Program-made: the position numbers and the translations under genes
Shown here: positions 35,868-44,699 of the stretch, piece after piece
Numbering within the stretch: position 1 is the first letter of the stretch
How the letters are laid out: each line of letters begins with the position of its first letter
Assembly: GCA_035480955.1 (NCBI GenBank)
Contig: DATIHF010000006.1
Coordinates: 11,110-75,109, forward strand
Length of the DNA: 64,000 nucleotides
Direction of reading: 5' to 3'
Source of the DNA: Candidatus Saccharimonadales bacterium
GTDB taxonomy: Bacteria > Patescibacteriota > Microgenomatia > Woykebacterales > RBG-16-39-9b
The notes under the pieces: generated by a model
What the model was told of the DNA's origin: nothing
Seen by the model: only the letters and a program-made list of their open reading frames with translations
Database searches by the model: none

Positions 35868-36011
35868 ATGATCAACAAGGTCTTCGCTTTCTTGCAAGCA
35901 ATGAAGAAAAGGATGGATAGAGAGAACGAAGAGCACTTCCCAGGGTTCATCGCGATCGCCGCAGTGTTACTCGCGATTTTTCTCGCGACAACCTACAACA
36001 CCTTCGGCTAG
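35868..36011 (+). CDS. 47-aa single-TM peptide (MINKVFAFLQAMKKRMDRENEEHFPGFIAIAAVLLAIFLATTYNTFG)
   Basis: AGGAGGGG RBS. Terminator 36039-36074 follows. Confidence 0.3.
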   Translation: MINKVFAFLQAMKKRMDRENEEHFPGFIAIAAVLLAIFLATTYNTFG

Positions 36012-36038
36012 ACAATAAATCAGCAATGGACAAACCAT

Positions 36039-36074
36039 GACTCCCTCGCAACCGCTTGGGAGTCTTTCTTTTTC
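36039..36074 (+). terminator. intrinsic terminator
   Basis: GACUCCC...GGGAGUC followed by UUUCUUUUU. Confidence 0.6.
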
Positions 36075-36118
36075 CGAACATTGACCAAAAGTTCTACAAG
36101 TACTAAGATAGGCTTTCT

Positions 36119-37462
36119 ATGGGGATGAAACTGACCAGCAAAGCTCGCGCAAAAAAACTCTTTACTCCACTGACTGCCAATGGTCAAAAACCATTAGCTG
36201 AAAGAATCCGTCCAACTAACCTTGAGGGCTTTGTCGGTCAAGAGCATTTGGTCGGGCAGGGGAAACTGATCTCCACTTTACTCCGACAAGACAAAATCCC
36301 TTCTCTAATTTTCTGGGGGCCACCAGGCTCGGGTAAAACAACTCTCGCGAAAATCATCGCCCACGAAACCAAATCTTTTTTTGAATTCCACTCTGCAGTC
36401 GAGGTCGGCGTCAACGACATCAAAATAGTTATTAACGAATCTAAGGAGAGGCTTGAACTTACTCAGCAAAGGACGATTCTTTGCATTGACGAGATCCATC
36501 GCTGGAACAAATCCCAACAAGCGATCCTGCTGCCTTTTGTCGAAGACGGAACAATCATTCTTATCGGCGCAACCACCGAAAATCCTTCTTTTGAAGTCAT
36601 CGGCCCACTGCTTTCTCGCAGCAAAGTTGTCATTCTCGAAAGATTGGAAGAAGCAGACATCAAGAAACTAGTTCAACACGCCCTGCGCGATAAAACTCAT
36701 GGGTTGGGCAATTCAAAAGCAAAACTGGAACCAGAGGCCATGCAACTTTTGTTGGACGCCTCGAACGGGGATGCGAGGACGACCCTCAACGCTCTGGAAA
36801 TTGCTGTTAATCTCACTTCGCAACGAAACGGCGAGAGGAAAGTTACGGTTGAGAAAATCGAGCAAGCTTTGGGCAGTAAAAAACTGCTTTACGATAAAAC
36901 TGGAGAAGAACACTACAATGTCATCTCGGCTTTCATCAAAAGTTTGCGCGGCTCTGACCCTGACGCGGCGGTCTATTATCTGGCGAGAATGCTGGAGGCA
37001 GGAGAAGATCCAGAATTTATCGCGCGAAGAATGATAATTTTAGCCAGCGAAGACGTCGGCAACGCTGACCCCAAAGCTCTGCAGGTTGCGGTTGCGACCG
37101 CCCAAGCCCTACAATTTGTCGGTTTACCAGAAGCGGCCATTAATCTCGCTCAAGCGGCAACTTATCTAGCCACCACACCGAAAAGCAACGCTAGCTACAT
37201 GTCACTGCGCTTTGCACAATCAGACGTCAGAGCCACTCTCAACGAACCAGTGCCGCTGCATCTACGCAACGCAGTCACTGATCTGATGAAAGATGTGGGC
37301 TACGGAAAAGGTTATAAATATGCTCATGATTATGAAGGTGGGGTAGTGGAGCAGCAATTTCTTCCCGACAGCCTCAAAAATAAAAAGTACTACCATCCCA
37401 AAAAAATTGGGTATGAGAAATATATCAAAGAACATCTCGAAAAAATCAATTCCAATAATTAG
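36119..37462 (+). CDS. rarA: replication-associated recombination protein A (RarA/MgsA AAA+ ATPase)
   Basis: [29 protein letters not shown] and C-terminal MgsA helical domain. Confidence 0.9.
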   Translation: MGMKLTSKARAKKLFTPLTANGQKPLAERIRPTNLEGFVGQEHLVGQGKLISTLLRQDKIPSLIFWGPPGSGKTTLAKIIAHETKSFFEFHSAVEVGVNDIKIVINESKERLELTQQRTILCIDEIHRWNKSQQAILLPFVEDGTIILIGATTENPSFEVIGPLLSRSKVVILERLEEADIKKLVQHALRDKTHGLGNSKAKLEPEAMQLLLDASNGDARTTLNALEIAVNLTSQRNGERKVTVEKIEQALGSKKLLYDKTGEEHYNVISAFIKSLRGSDPDAAVYYLARMLEAGEDPEFIARRMIILASEDVGNADPKALQVAVATAQALQFVGLPEAAINLAQAATYLATTPKSNASYMSLRFAQSDVRATLNEPVPLHLRNAVTDLMKDVGYGKGYKYAHDYEGGVVEQQFLPDSLKNKKYYHPKKIGYEKYIKEHLEKINSNN

Positions 37463-37504
37463 CATTGCTGTTTTGTTTGCTTTTTCTTTGTTAAAATTAA
37501 ACAA

Positions 37505-37978
37505 ATGAAGTTTAACCAAGTCACTTGGTATTCCAAATTGATTGCTCTAATTCTTTTTGTTGCTCTGCCATTCATTGGTTTTTACTTGGGAATGCAATAC
37601 CAAGAGCTTACTCACCCTACAACAGAGGTGCAAACAACTACTGTTTCAAACAGCTTTACAGCCACCACCTCTGCAAATACCACAAATGATCAAAGTAATA
37701 TTTCCATAAAAACAGATCAGGTTAGTGTTAACGCAGTTGAGAAAAATGGGTTAGTGACTTACTCGGGCACAGTACAGCTTCCAACTCCTTGTACAAATCT
37801 CAATGTTGATGCGACTGCTTCTCGAACTGATCCTTCGGTAGTCAGTATTCAACTAACTACTCAACCAACAGATACCGTTTGTGCACAAGTAGTAACTCCG
37901 AAACCATTTTCTGGGGAAGTGGCCGCTCCAAAGGGAGTTCAAATTCACGTTTTCTACAACGGTTCACAGATAAAGTAG
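37505..37978 (+). CDS. membrane-anchored hypothetical protein
   Basis: N-terminal TM, T/S-rich linker, two Cys. Confidence 0.5.
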   Translation: MKFNQVTWYSKLIALILFVALPFIGFYLGMQYQELTHPTTEVQTTTVSNSFTATTSANTTNDQSNISIKTDQVSVNAVEKNGLVTYSGTVQLPTPCTNLNVDATASRTDPSVVSIQLTTQPTDTVCAQVVTPKPFSGEVAAPKGVQIHVFYNGSQIK

Positions 37979-37991
37979 CGCTTTAGCGCGT

Positions 37992-38345
37992 TTATTTTCT
38001 TTCCAACTCCTGCAGTCTTTCGTCTGAAATTCCAAAATGATGGGCGATTTCGTGTTTGACTGTGTCCGTGACGACATTTTTGATCGCTTGTGGGTCGCCG
38101 TGAGAAACCCACATGATCGGTCCCTGAAAAATAGAAATTTTATCTGGCACGGCTAGATTGTAACCTCTCCCGCGAGAGGTGAGGGGAACTCCTTGATAGA
38201 GTCCCAGAAGCAGCCTTCCTCGAGCAAACTCTGGAGCAGGCCAAGCTTCGACGACTAGATCAACATTGTCCAGTTTATCTTTAAAAAATTTTGGTAAAGC
38301 TTCGACCGCCTCGACCACTAGTTTTTCAAACTCTTCTTGTTTCAT
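37992..38345 (-). CDS. zincin-like metallopeptidase family protein (HExxH)
   Basis: GLYQGVPLTSR...IFQGPI...VKHEIAHHFGISDERL. Start placed at an internal Met because the ORF-track N-terminal 48 aa look spurious. Confidence 0.55.
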   Translation of the reverse strand: MKQEEFEKLVVEAVEALPKFFKDKLDNVDLVVEAWPAPEFARGRLLLGLYQGVPLTSRGRGYNLAVPDKISIFQGPIMWVSHGDPQAIKNVVTDTVKHEIAHHFGISDERLQELERK

Positions 38346-38409
38346 TTGCTCAATAATAACACCCTTGGATATAATAAAATAATCTGTCTCTAGTGTTGGG
38401 AGGAGGCCC

Positions 38410-38700
38410 ATGACCACCCAAGTCGACCCAGAACAAGAGGAGAGGGCGGAAAAAGAAATAGAGGAGATCGTCGTCCGTAAAGAGATCAAAGTAGACTATG
38501 TGAGAAACGGGCACCATTTTGAGTTTGTCTACCCACTCGTTGGTCTCACTGTAAAAGAAGCAATCGAGAGACTGAGAGTCTATCTTAGTAGAGAAGAGGC
38601 TCTGATTGTGAAGGCTCCCTACTATCTCAACAGAGAACTAGTCAAACACTCAAGTGAGAGAATAATCGAAGAGGGAGATATCTTGAATGTCGATCCGTAA
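38410..38700 (+). CDS. hypothetical small acidic protein
   Basis: GGAGG RBS. 96 aa. Confidence 0.45.
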   Translation: MTTQVDPEQEERAEKEIEEIVVRKEIKVDYVRNGHHFEFVYPLVGLTVKEAIERLRVYLSREEALIVKAPYYLNRELVKHSSERIIEEGDILNVDP

Positions 38701-38771
38701 AGATTGCACGATAACGAAAAAAGCTCTCCAAAAATTCTGGAGAGCTTTCTTTTTTTTGTTCTGTTCAAATG

Positions 38772-39248
38772 TTACTTAACTGTGAAAGAGTAGGTCCCGT
38801 TTTTGCAAGTTCCATCCTCTAGACAATAAGAGTAGGCGACTTTGTAGGCTCCGGCGTCAGCGACTGCTACTGGAACGATCAGGGTTTTTCCATCTTTGGA
38901 GACAATATTGGCCCCGGGTACGACGTCAACTCCTTTGGCGGTCGCGACTTTGATTTCCGAACCACCTTTGACAGCCTTTTTGAAAGTTATTGAGACTTGG
39001 TTTGGTTTGGTCGAGACGGTTGAGTTTGGCTCGGGAGTGATACTGGTAATGTTGCTGTCATTGTTGTACTCAGCGTTTTTATCTTCTGATTTTTCCGCGC
39101 TAGAGGTGCTAGATCCGTTTAAATTTACATCTTCTTTCTTAGTTTCGTTTTTATTTGAGGATTGGTTTTTATTGATCAGGTAACCTATACCAAGCAACAC
39201 AAGGATTGCAATTGCAGCGATAATAATTTCTCTTGAAGTGATTTTCAT
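38772..39248 (-). CDS. secreted CopC-like (cupredoxin-fold) domain protein
   Basis: Signal/TM, then PEPNSTVSTKPNQVSITFKKAV...SKDGKTLIVPV...AGAYKVAYSY...GTYSFTVK resembles the CopC/YtkA beta-sandwich pattern. Confidence 0.55.
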   Translation of the reverse strand: MKITSREIIIAAIAILVLLGIGYLINKNQSSNKNETKKEDVNLNGSSTSSAEKSEDKNAEYNNDSNITSITPEPNSTVSTKPNQVSITFKKAVKGGSEIKVATAKGVDVVPGANIVSKDGKTLIVPVAVADAGAYKVAYSYCLEDGTCKNGTYSFTVK

Positions 39249-39455
39249 ATTTGCTTCTTAGTAAATACAGAGCGCTTTAGCGTCTGTTTAAATTCTAATT
39301 ATTCCCAGCGGAGCAGAGTAGGAAATCCTCCTTGTAAATTAGTCTAGACAAGTTAAATCTTTTTGTCAAATCTTATAAGTCGCTTAAAAATCACTCATAG
39401 TAAACTTGCAATTTCTCTCAATTCTAGGGATAATTTTCGTGGAAAGGAGACTCTC

Positions 39456-39863
39456 GTGAGAGTGCTGGTTGTCGGTAGCATTGGCAAGAGAGGCGAGACA
39501 CGGATTGATTTCCTGGTAGGAGAATTGGGAGCACGAGACATCGAGGTAGTCAAAGTTAGGACAAACTACGGCAATCGTGATTGGCGAGAACACTTCGATG
39601 AGGTGAAAATATACTTGAAGAATTCACAAAGATATTTTGAAGAGAACTCAATTGATGTCGTGGTCGCGGATCTATCAGCTGCCTCAGATGGTAGAACCCA
39701 CCAGTTGATGATTGCCAATCAACGAGGGATTCCTACTTTTGGTTTTGCCCAAGTGGTAGTGGACACTCCCTGGAGATTAGTCGATGTCGACAGGCTATTC
39801 ACAAATATCAACGATCTTGTCGCTGCATTGCGCTCCTACGAGAAAACTATTGCCGCTGACTGA
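39456..39863 (+). CDS. hypothetical protein (GTG start after AAAGGAG)
   Basis: ORF track starts at 39363. The SD-preceded GTG at 39456 gives VRVLVVGSIGKRGETRIDFLV... Confidence 0.4.
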   Translation: MRVLVVGSIGKRGETRIDFLVGELGARDIEVVKVRTNYGNRDWREHFDEVKIYLKNSQRYFEENSIDVVVADLSAASDGRTHQLMIANQRGIPTFGFAQVVVDTPWRLVDVDRLFTNINDLVAALRSYEKTIAAD

Positions 39864-39917
39864 CCCTCGGCGGTTTTTTCTTGCACTACAAGCTATAATT
39901 GATCTCGGTGGTATCGG

Positions 39918-40535
39918 GTGGGAGAAAGGACTCCCAAGTTGGCAATCAAGACAGAGCAGAAAGTAGTCTGTCCCGTTTGTCTAAAGCCAAAAAACAAACT
40001 AACAAATCGCCACCCAATCAGTCGAGTTCTTGTTTGTAGTAATTGTTTTAAAAAACTCACTAACTTCAAACCAAAATTGAGGAGAGGGGTCTGTAGTCTC
40101 TGCGGTAAGGGACCAAGACTTATTCATTATAAAAATGAAAGTTGTGGGCGATGTTATAGGAATAGGATAGCTAAAGAGAGATTTCCGTCATGTAGCGAGT
40201 GTGGCACAGTGATAAGCCGCGCGAAGAGAATACATCCGGATACCAAGGCTGTACTCTGCCTGAAGTGCTATTTCAAGGCAAGCGGCACTTACGACCCAAT
40301 AGGTCGGTGTTTTCTGTGCAAGAGAGATCAGATGCGGCTTCCCATGCTTGACTCAGAATCCAAGGAGAGGATTTGTATGAGATGCTACTCGAAAGGAAAG
40401 GGGCCTAAATATGGTCATCGATGGGGCAAATGCAGCAAATGTGGAAATTCTCCGAGACTCATCTACGGAAAGGCTCTAGACTACTGTCTGACCTGCTATC
40501 GCAAACATCTTAATTACGAACAACCGAGGTACTAG
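39918..40535 (+). CDS. basic protein made of five tandem CxxC...CxxCY zinc-ribbon repeats
   Basis: Repeating C-x2-C-G-x2-PRLI-x6-8-C-x2-CYR units, e.g. CSLCGKGPRLIHYKNESCGRCYRN and CSKCGNSPRLIYGKALDYCLTCYRK. 20 Cys in 205 aa. GTG start. Confidence 0.55.
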   Translation: MGERTPKLAIKTEQKVVCPVCLKPKNKLTNRHPISRVLVCSNCFKKLTNFKPKLRRGVCSLCGKGPRLIHYKNESCGRCYRNRIAKERFPSCSECGTVISRAKRIHPDTKAVLCLKCYFKASGTYDPIGRCFLCKRDQMRLPMLDSESKERICMRCYSKGKGPKYGHRWGKCSKCGNSPRLIYGKALDYCLTCYRKHLNYEQPRY

Positions 40536-40543
40536 AAACGTCA

Positions 40544-40580
40544 ACCGGTAGCCAACTAAACGCTACCGGTTTTTTTTTTG
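40544..40580 (+). terminator. intrinsic terminator
   Basis: ACCGGUAGC...GCUACCGGU followed by U10. Confidence 0.7.
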
Positions 40581-40610
40581 CCTTTTTCCACGGAGTCTAT
40601 ATATAATATT

Positions 40611-41270
40611 ATTGTGTACGCCATTACTGCCATAGTCGCCTGTACAATCGCTTTTTTTGTCTACCAATACTGGAAATACAAAGCCTCGGACAACGGTGCG
40701 CCTTATGTCGCGATCGAACACCCAGTTGTCGAGCATATTTTGCAGTTAGCGCAGATCGAGCCGGACGATGTGCTTTATGATCTCGGGAGCGGGGATGGGC
40801 GAGTGCCGATTGCCGCTGCGCTAAACTACAATATCAAAGCCGTGGGGATTGAGATTGACCGTTTTCGCCACTGGTATGCTCTCTACCAGCGTTTTATCCT
40901 CAGACTCGGTAATCGAGTGACTTTCATTAATAAAAATATTTTTAATGTAAACTTGTCTGAGGCAACGATTTGTTTTGTTTATTTGACTCAACAAGCCAAC
41001 GAAGGTTTGGAGGATAAATTTTTAAAAGAATTGGGTGAGGGGACTCTGATAATTTCTCCTTCTTTCCAATTCCCCGGCTGGACTCCAGTCTACGTTGATG
41101 AAAACCCCACCCTTCATACTCCGTGGGGCCCAACTTATTTTTACGAAATCGGCACGTCAAACCCAAAAGTGGCTGAACAAACTGCAGTGGCAACCCCGCC
41201 AGTTCAACCCGAAGTTGAGCAAGCGCGGCAAGCTCCTAATTTAACCCCACCCACACAACCAAACCCCTAG
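40611..41270 (+). CDS. class I SAM-dependent methyltransferase with N-terminal TM helix
   Basis: VLYDLGSGDGRVPIAAA (motif I) and ICFVYL (motif II-like). ORF track starts at the TTG at 40578. First GTG is at 40611, immediately after a TATATAAT box. Confidence 0.65.
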   Translation: MVYAITAIVACTIAFFVYQYWKYKASDNGAPYVAIEHPVVEHILQLAQIEPDDVLYDLGSGDGRVPIAAALNYNIKAVGIEIDRFRHWYALYQRFILRLGNRVTFINKNIFNVNLSEATICFVYLTQQANEGLEDKFLKELGEGTLIISPSFQFPGWTPVYVDENPTLHTPWGPTYFYEIGTSNPKVAEQTAVATPPVQPEVEQARQAPNLTPPTQPNP

Positions 41271-41319
41271 CTTTTGGTATATTAATGTATAATACCTAGG
41301 TTCAGTAAAGGAGTTTGTC

Positions 41320-42072
41320 ATGGCCGAGGACCCAACCAAGCCAGGCAATGAGAATCGGGAAGAGCCCTCTGGAGAAAGAACTCGCCGAGTAACGGAACAA
41401 GACCAAGCAAGGGAAAAGAAAACCAAGATTAGTTTTTGGCAAAAGCTGAAGCACAGTTTCTCGCTAAGAAGTTACTCAAAATCTACTCTGCTAATGATCG
41501 CCGGGGGCCTAGTAGTATTAGGTCTCGCAATTTTATTAGCTGTACACAATATTTACTTCAGTAGCGACAGTAGCGCAGCTTCAGGGCAAGTTCCGTTCAT
41601 CAGAGCAACCGCAACACTGACACCGAGACCGACACCTACTCCTAATTACGAAGAAGAGATCGAAAGAGGGGTAATTGACTCGGTAAATTACCGACGGGAG
41701 CTGACCATGTTGCCACCCTTGAAACTCGCAACTGCTTATGTACTTTATGCGAGGGACTATCTCAACCCACCGGCAACGCCACAACCGAATCAATTTGAGA
41801 TAGATGGTCTGCCTCCTTGTGAGGATGTTTGCACCTTTGACATGCCCACACCGAGCGGCATCTCAGTCATCTTTGCAAAAGTCAGAGAGATCAAGCAAAA
41901 CGTGGTCGAGAAAACAATGGATATGATTGAGGAGAAAAGTTTTAGCAGCGACGTCATCTATCTCTGTCAGTCAGGTAATATTGGCGTTGGTGCTATGAAA
42001 GTTGACACTCGCCTCTATTACGTAGTGATTCTCGTCAACAAACTGAGCAAATGCAACCTGCATCAGCAGTAA
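41320..42072 (+). CDS. membrane-anchored hypothetical protein
   Basis: TM at LLMIAGGLVVLGLAILLAV. Confidence 0.5.
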   Translation: MAEDPTKPGNENREEPSGERTRRVTEQDQAREKKTKISFWQKLKHSFSLRSYSKSTLLMIAGGLVVLGLAILLAVHNIYFSSDSSAASGQVPFIRATATLTPRPTPTPNYEEEIERGVIDSVNYRRELTMLPPLKLATAYVLYARDYLNPPATPQPNQFEIDGLPPCEDVCTFDMPTPSGISVIFAKVREIKQNVVEKTMDMIEEKSFSSDVIYLCQSGNIGVGAMKVDTRLYYVVILVNKLSKCNLHQQ

Positions 42073-42260
42073 CTCTTTACTGGTATTGTCCTAGAAATGG
42101 AAGACGCGGAGCAATCGAGATCGAAGAGATAACAACTACTGCAAAAATCATACAGCAGTTGAGAGGCGCTCATAGCACAAAGGATCGAGATTGTTTTTTC
42201 GATCCAGCAGAACTGACATTAACAACAAAAGATGAAAGAGGTTTTATCTTAGTCGATTAG
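42051..42260 (+). CDS. hypothetical small protein
   Basis: 69-aa ORF followed by the terminator at 42260-42291. Confidence 0.3.
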   Translation: MQPASAVTLYWYCPRNGRRGAIEIEEITTTAKIIQQLRGAHSTKDRDCFFDPAELTLTTKDERGFILVD

Positions 42261-42353
42261 GACGGACTCAATTTTGATTCCGTCCTTTTTTATTGGAGAT
42301 TGATGACTTTTGTTGTATTATTTCATTTAGTGAGTGGTTCCGAGGAGGGTTTG

Positions 42354-42710
42354 ATGACCAACGAATTCGAAGGTGTTGGCCCGAGAGCAAATCCTAATAC
42401 CCGAGAGTTTCGCACAATTCGGACAAGCGAAGAGAGAAAATCCACTCAGAGTGGGACAAATGGAACCAAAGGCCCGGCAACTGGCTTCACAGCCAAATGC
42501 AGCGAGAAACCAGTTCTACAAAACGCATGCCCACGGTGTAATACCTCGGATCTGTTGCCAGGAAAAGATCAGGACGGAAGATTTTTTTTCTGCATTAATT
42601 GCAACTACCGTCAGGAGAAGATCTATTACGGTAATTTCGTCGCTGCAGAACAAGAGGTCAGTTACAAAAGAAGACGACCACCCTCACATGGTAAATCTAT
42701 GCTTGGATGA
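42354..42710 (+). CDS. hypothetical protein with C-terminal C4 zinc ribbon
   Basis: GAGGAGG lies 5 nt before the ATG at 42354. CPRCNTSD...CINCNY. Terminator 42713-42741. Confidence 0.4.
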   Translation: MTNEFEGVGPRANPNTREFRTIRTSEERKSTQSGTNGTKGPATGFTAKCSEKPVLQNACPRCNTSDLLPGKDQDGRFFFCINCNYRQEKIYYGNFVAAEQEVSYKRRRPPSHGKSMLG

Positions 42711-42738
42711 ACGCCTATATCTCTCGATAGGCGTTTTT

Positions 42739-43143
42739 TTATCTATCTTTCAGTCTAAAAACAAATTTAAGAGCTGACCAGTCCTCATCAATGGCAGCAA
42801 CTTTCACATCAACTAATGAATTTTCCAAACCGATAGTCCGAACAATATTCTCGTTCAAATCTTTAGGGATTTTTGAAGAACCTTTTGGCCAGCCGACCCA
42901 TAAGTTTCCGTTTTTAGCCAAATGGGATTTTAATTTTGGAAAAGTCTCGTGCAGCTCAGCTTTTTCTGTAACAAAAGAAATAATAAAATCTAAATTCGAT
43001 TCAGGCTTTTCAAAAATTTTAAAAGTGATAGGAGAGTCTGCAATTTCTTTTTCAAAAGAAAGAGGGGAATTGTCAAAATAGACTCTGCTGCCCTCTTTCA
43101 AACCCAACTTTTCAACTAAAGACTTACCAGAATAGCCTGCCAT
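42739..43143 (-). CDS. DUF3052 family protein
   Basis: N-terminal MAGYSGKSLVEKLGLKEGSRVY is characteristic of DUF3052. Confidence 0.65.
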   Translation of the reverse strand: MAGYSGKSLVEKLGLKEGSRVYFDNSPLSFEKEIADSPITFKIFEKPESNLDFIISFVTEKAELHETFPKLKSHLAKNGNLWVGWPKGSSKIPKDLNENIVRTIGLENSLVDVKVAAIDEDWSALKFVFRLKDR

Positions 43144-43934
43144 AGCCGTATTATCACACTATAATCTTTATTTTTCAAGGCTAAAAGCGCGTCTTTTGCT
43201 TGATAGATCAGTCTAATTTATCAATTATAGGGTAAAAATGGACCCCTCAGGGGGAGGAGGCGAAAGGGGTAAAACCCTTGAATGTACTGATACAGCAGCC
43301 AATATGAGCAATTTGAGTGCGATAAATAAATTTAAGAATTTAGGACAGAGAAAAAACAGGGAATTTTGAATACGATTTTGAAAGCTAAAAAGTTTTCAGT
43401 TAGCGCAGTAGGAAAGTGAGAGGAAAATTTCAAAACAGCTCTCGGTGGGGAGCTTAACTCCACGTCGCATAAGATACATTGTGCGACGTAATAGCAAATA
43501 GCCTTTAGGAGCTCTTTCTAATGAAGAGAAGGGGCGCACAGATATCACAGATTAATTGGAAATTAATTTGTTTTTTATTTTCACTTCATCCTCTGTGCAC
43601 TTCCTACATTACTTAAGATCTAAAAACGCCTCCTAGGCCCTTTTAAGGGCTTGCTACTATTAGCCTTGGAAATACCTTTAGTCGGACTCTTGGGTAGACA
43701 CTCATCGGAGAGAGTCAAATTTGCTTGTTATTTAGGTTTAAATTGATAGTTTTCTAGCTATAAATTATGACATCTCAGGCATGCAATTAGCACTCGTTTT
43801 ATAGCTCTGCAAAGTTATCCACAAAAGATACCTCAGTCTAATGTAAGAAGGGCGCATTAAAAAACTAAAGGAGGGTCGCACTACACTAGAGAAGAGTGGG
43901 GCGAAAGTTTTGTTTGGCTCCAGCTCGTCCAAAG

Positions 43935-43957
43935 CCGAAAGGTCTTTCGGGTTTTTT
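43935..43957 (+). terminator. intrinsic terminator inside the ORF-free region
   Basis: CCGAAA-GGUC-UUUCGG followed by GUUUUUUG. Confidence 0.5.
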
Positions 43958-44229
43958 GCGATCGGACTTCTTCATCTAGACCCTATAGTATTACTTTCCA
44001 CACGTGGAAACAACTATATCATACTATATCATCATGTCTTATAGTATTGTTGTACCTTTTCTCCTTTTTACCCCCACTACTCCTCCACTCTGACAGAGCG
44101 TCGCAAAAATTTTTTCCTCTTCTTTCAAATAAAAATTAATTGTCAGTAAATAGATCCGCTGATCAAGCTTTCAAGTACTGCAATTAAAAAAAGCTAGTCT
44201 CTTAAAACCCTCACCCCCTCCCTGTTATC

Positions 44230-44268
44230 AAAAAAAATGGGCCCCGGGAAAACAAGTTTCTCGGGGCC
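44230..44268 (-). terminator. intrinsic terminator for the minus-strand transcript
   Basis: GGCCCCG...CGGGGCC hairpin with an A8 run on the plus strand, giving a U-tract on the minus strand. Confidence 0.6.
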
Positions 44269-44296
44269 GACAGGCTATTCAATTGTAAGACTCTGG

Positions 44297-44658
44297 TCTA
44301 AAACCCCGCTAGCGAAGCTTAGGTTTTAGAGTCCAGGGCCTGAAGTTCACTGTCGAGACCGCGGCATTCTTCGGCCAGATGTCGCTGCTCTTCTGGATTC
44401 TGAGCAGACTGGCCGAGTACATTACCGCTCAACGATACAGCGATTCCTCGTCTACCAACAGAGGGTTCGTCATCCCTCCATGGTGTTTTTGGCGGAGGCG
44501 GGGGTGGCTCCCCGGGTCCACGCGTCTGCCAATAACGAGGTCTATAATCCATCGTCCATATCCTCACGGGGAACTCGCCCAAACCCAGGGGCGGATCTAT
44601 CGGTTCCTTCCTCTGTAAATCCCTCAATTGGGTTCTTTCCCCCTCCCTTCTAAAACCC
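44297..44658. repeat. 10-nt direct repeats TCTAAAACCC (44297-44306 and 44649-44658) bracketing a GC-rich 350-bp segment, plus the complementary GGTTTTAGA at 44322-44330
   Basis: Exact 10-mer duplication. The central element can pair with either copy. Confidence 0.5.
44319..44627 (-). CDS. GC-rich Pro-rich hypothetical ORF (doubtful)
   Basis: TTG start. GPGEPPPPPPKTPW low complexity. Overlapping ORF on the opposite strand. Composition atypical for this genome. Confidence 0.25.
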   Translation of the reverse strand: MRDLQRKEPIDPPLGLGEFPVRIWTMDYRPRYWQTRGPGEPPPPPPKTPWRDDEPSVGRRGIAVSLSGNVLGQSAQNPEEQRHLAEECRGLDSELQALDSKT

Positions 44659-44699
44659 GAAGGATCTGAAAAGGATTTTAGTACTTTGAAAAAGGGGTG

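Noticed and set aside
38346-38489. N-terminal 48 aa of ORF 37992..38489 (MISLRTTISS...)
   Set aside because: Low-complexity, no SD. The metallopeptidase-like homology begins at the internal Met.
43815-43823. Perfect DnaA box TTATCCACA as a sign of oriC in the ORF-free region
   Set aside because: Only one perfect box and one 2-mismatch box nearby. No AT-rich DUE, no dnaA/dnaN in the window.
44322-44340. GTTTTAGAG, reminiscent of type II CRISPR repeat 5' ends
   Set aside because: Single occurrence plus its complement. No regularly spaced repeat-spacer array and no cas genes.
44489-44520. Minus-strand sequence ...CGGGGAGCCACCCCG-CGCCUCC-G-CCA resembling a tmRNA/tRNA T-arm, acceptor 3' strand and CCA
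   Set aside because: The hairpin loop is 5 nt, not the 7-nt T-loop. No convincing complementary 5' acceptor strand (GGAGGCG) sits at the right distance, even allowing a permuted arrangement. No tag-peptide reading frame ending in a hydrophobic tail. The upstream CDS at 44700 would overlap a full-length tmRNA.
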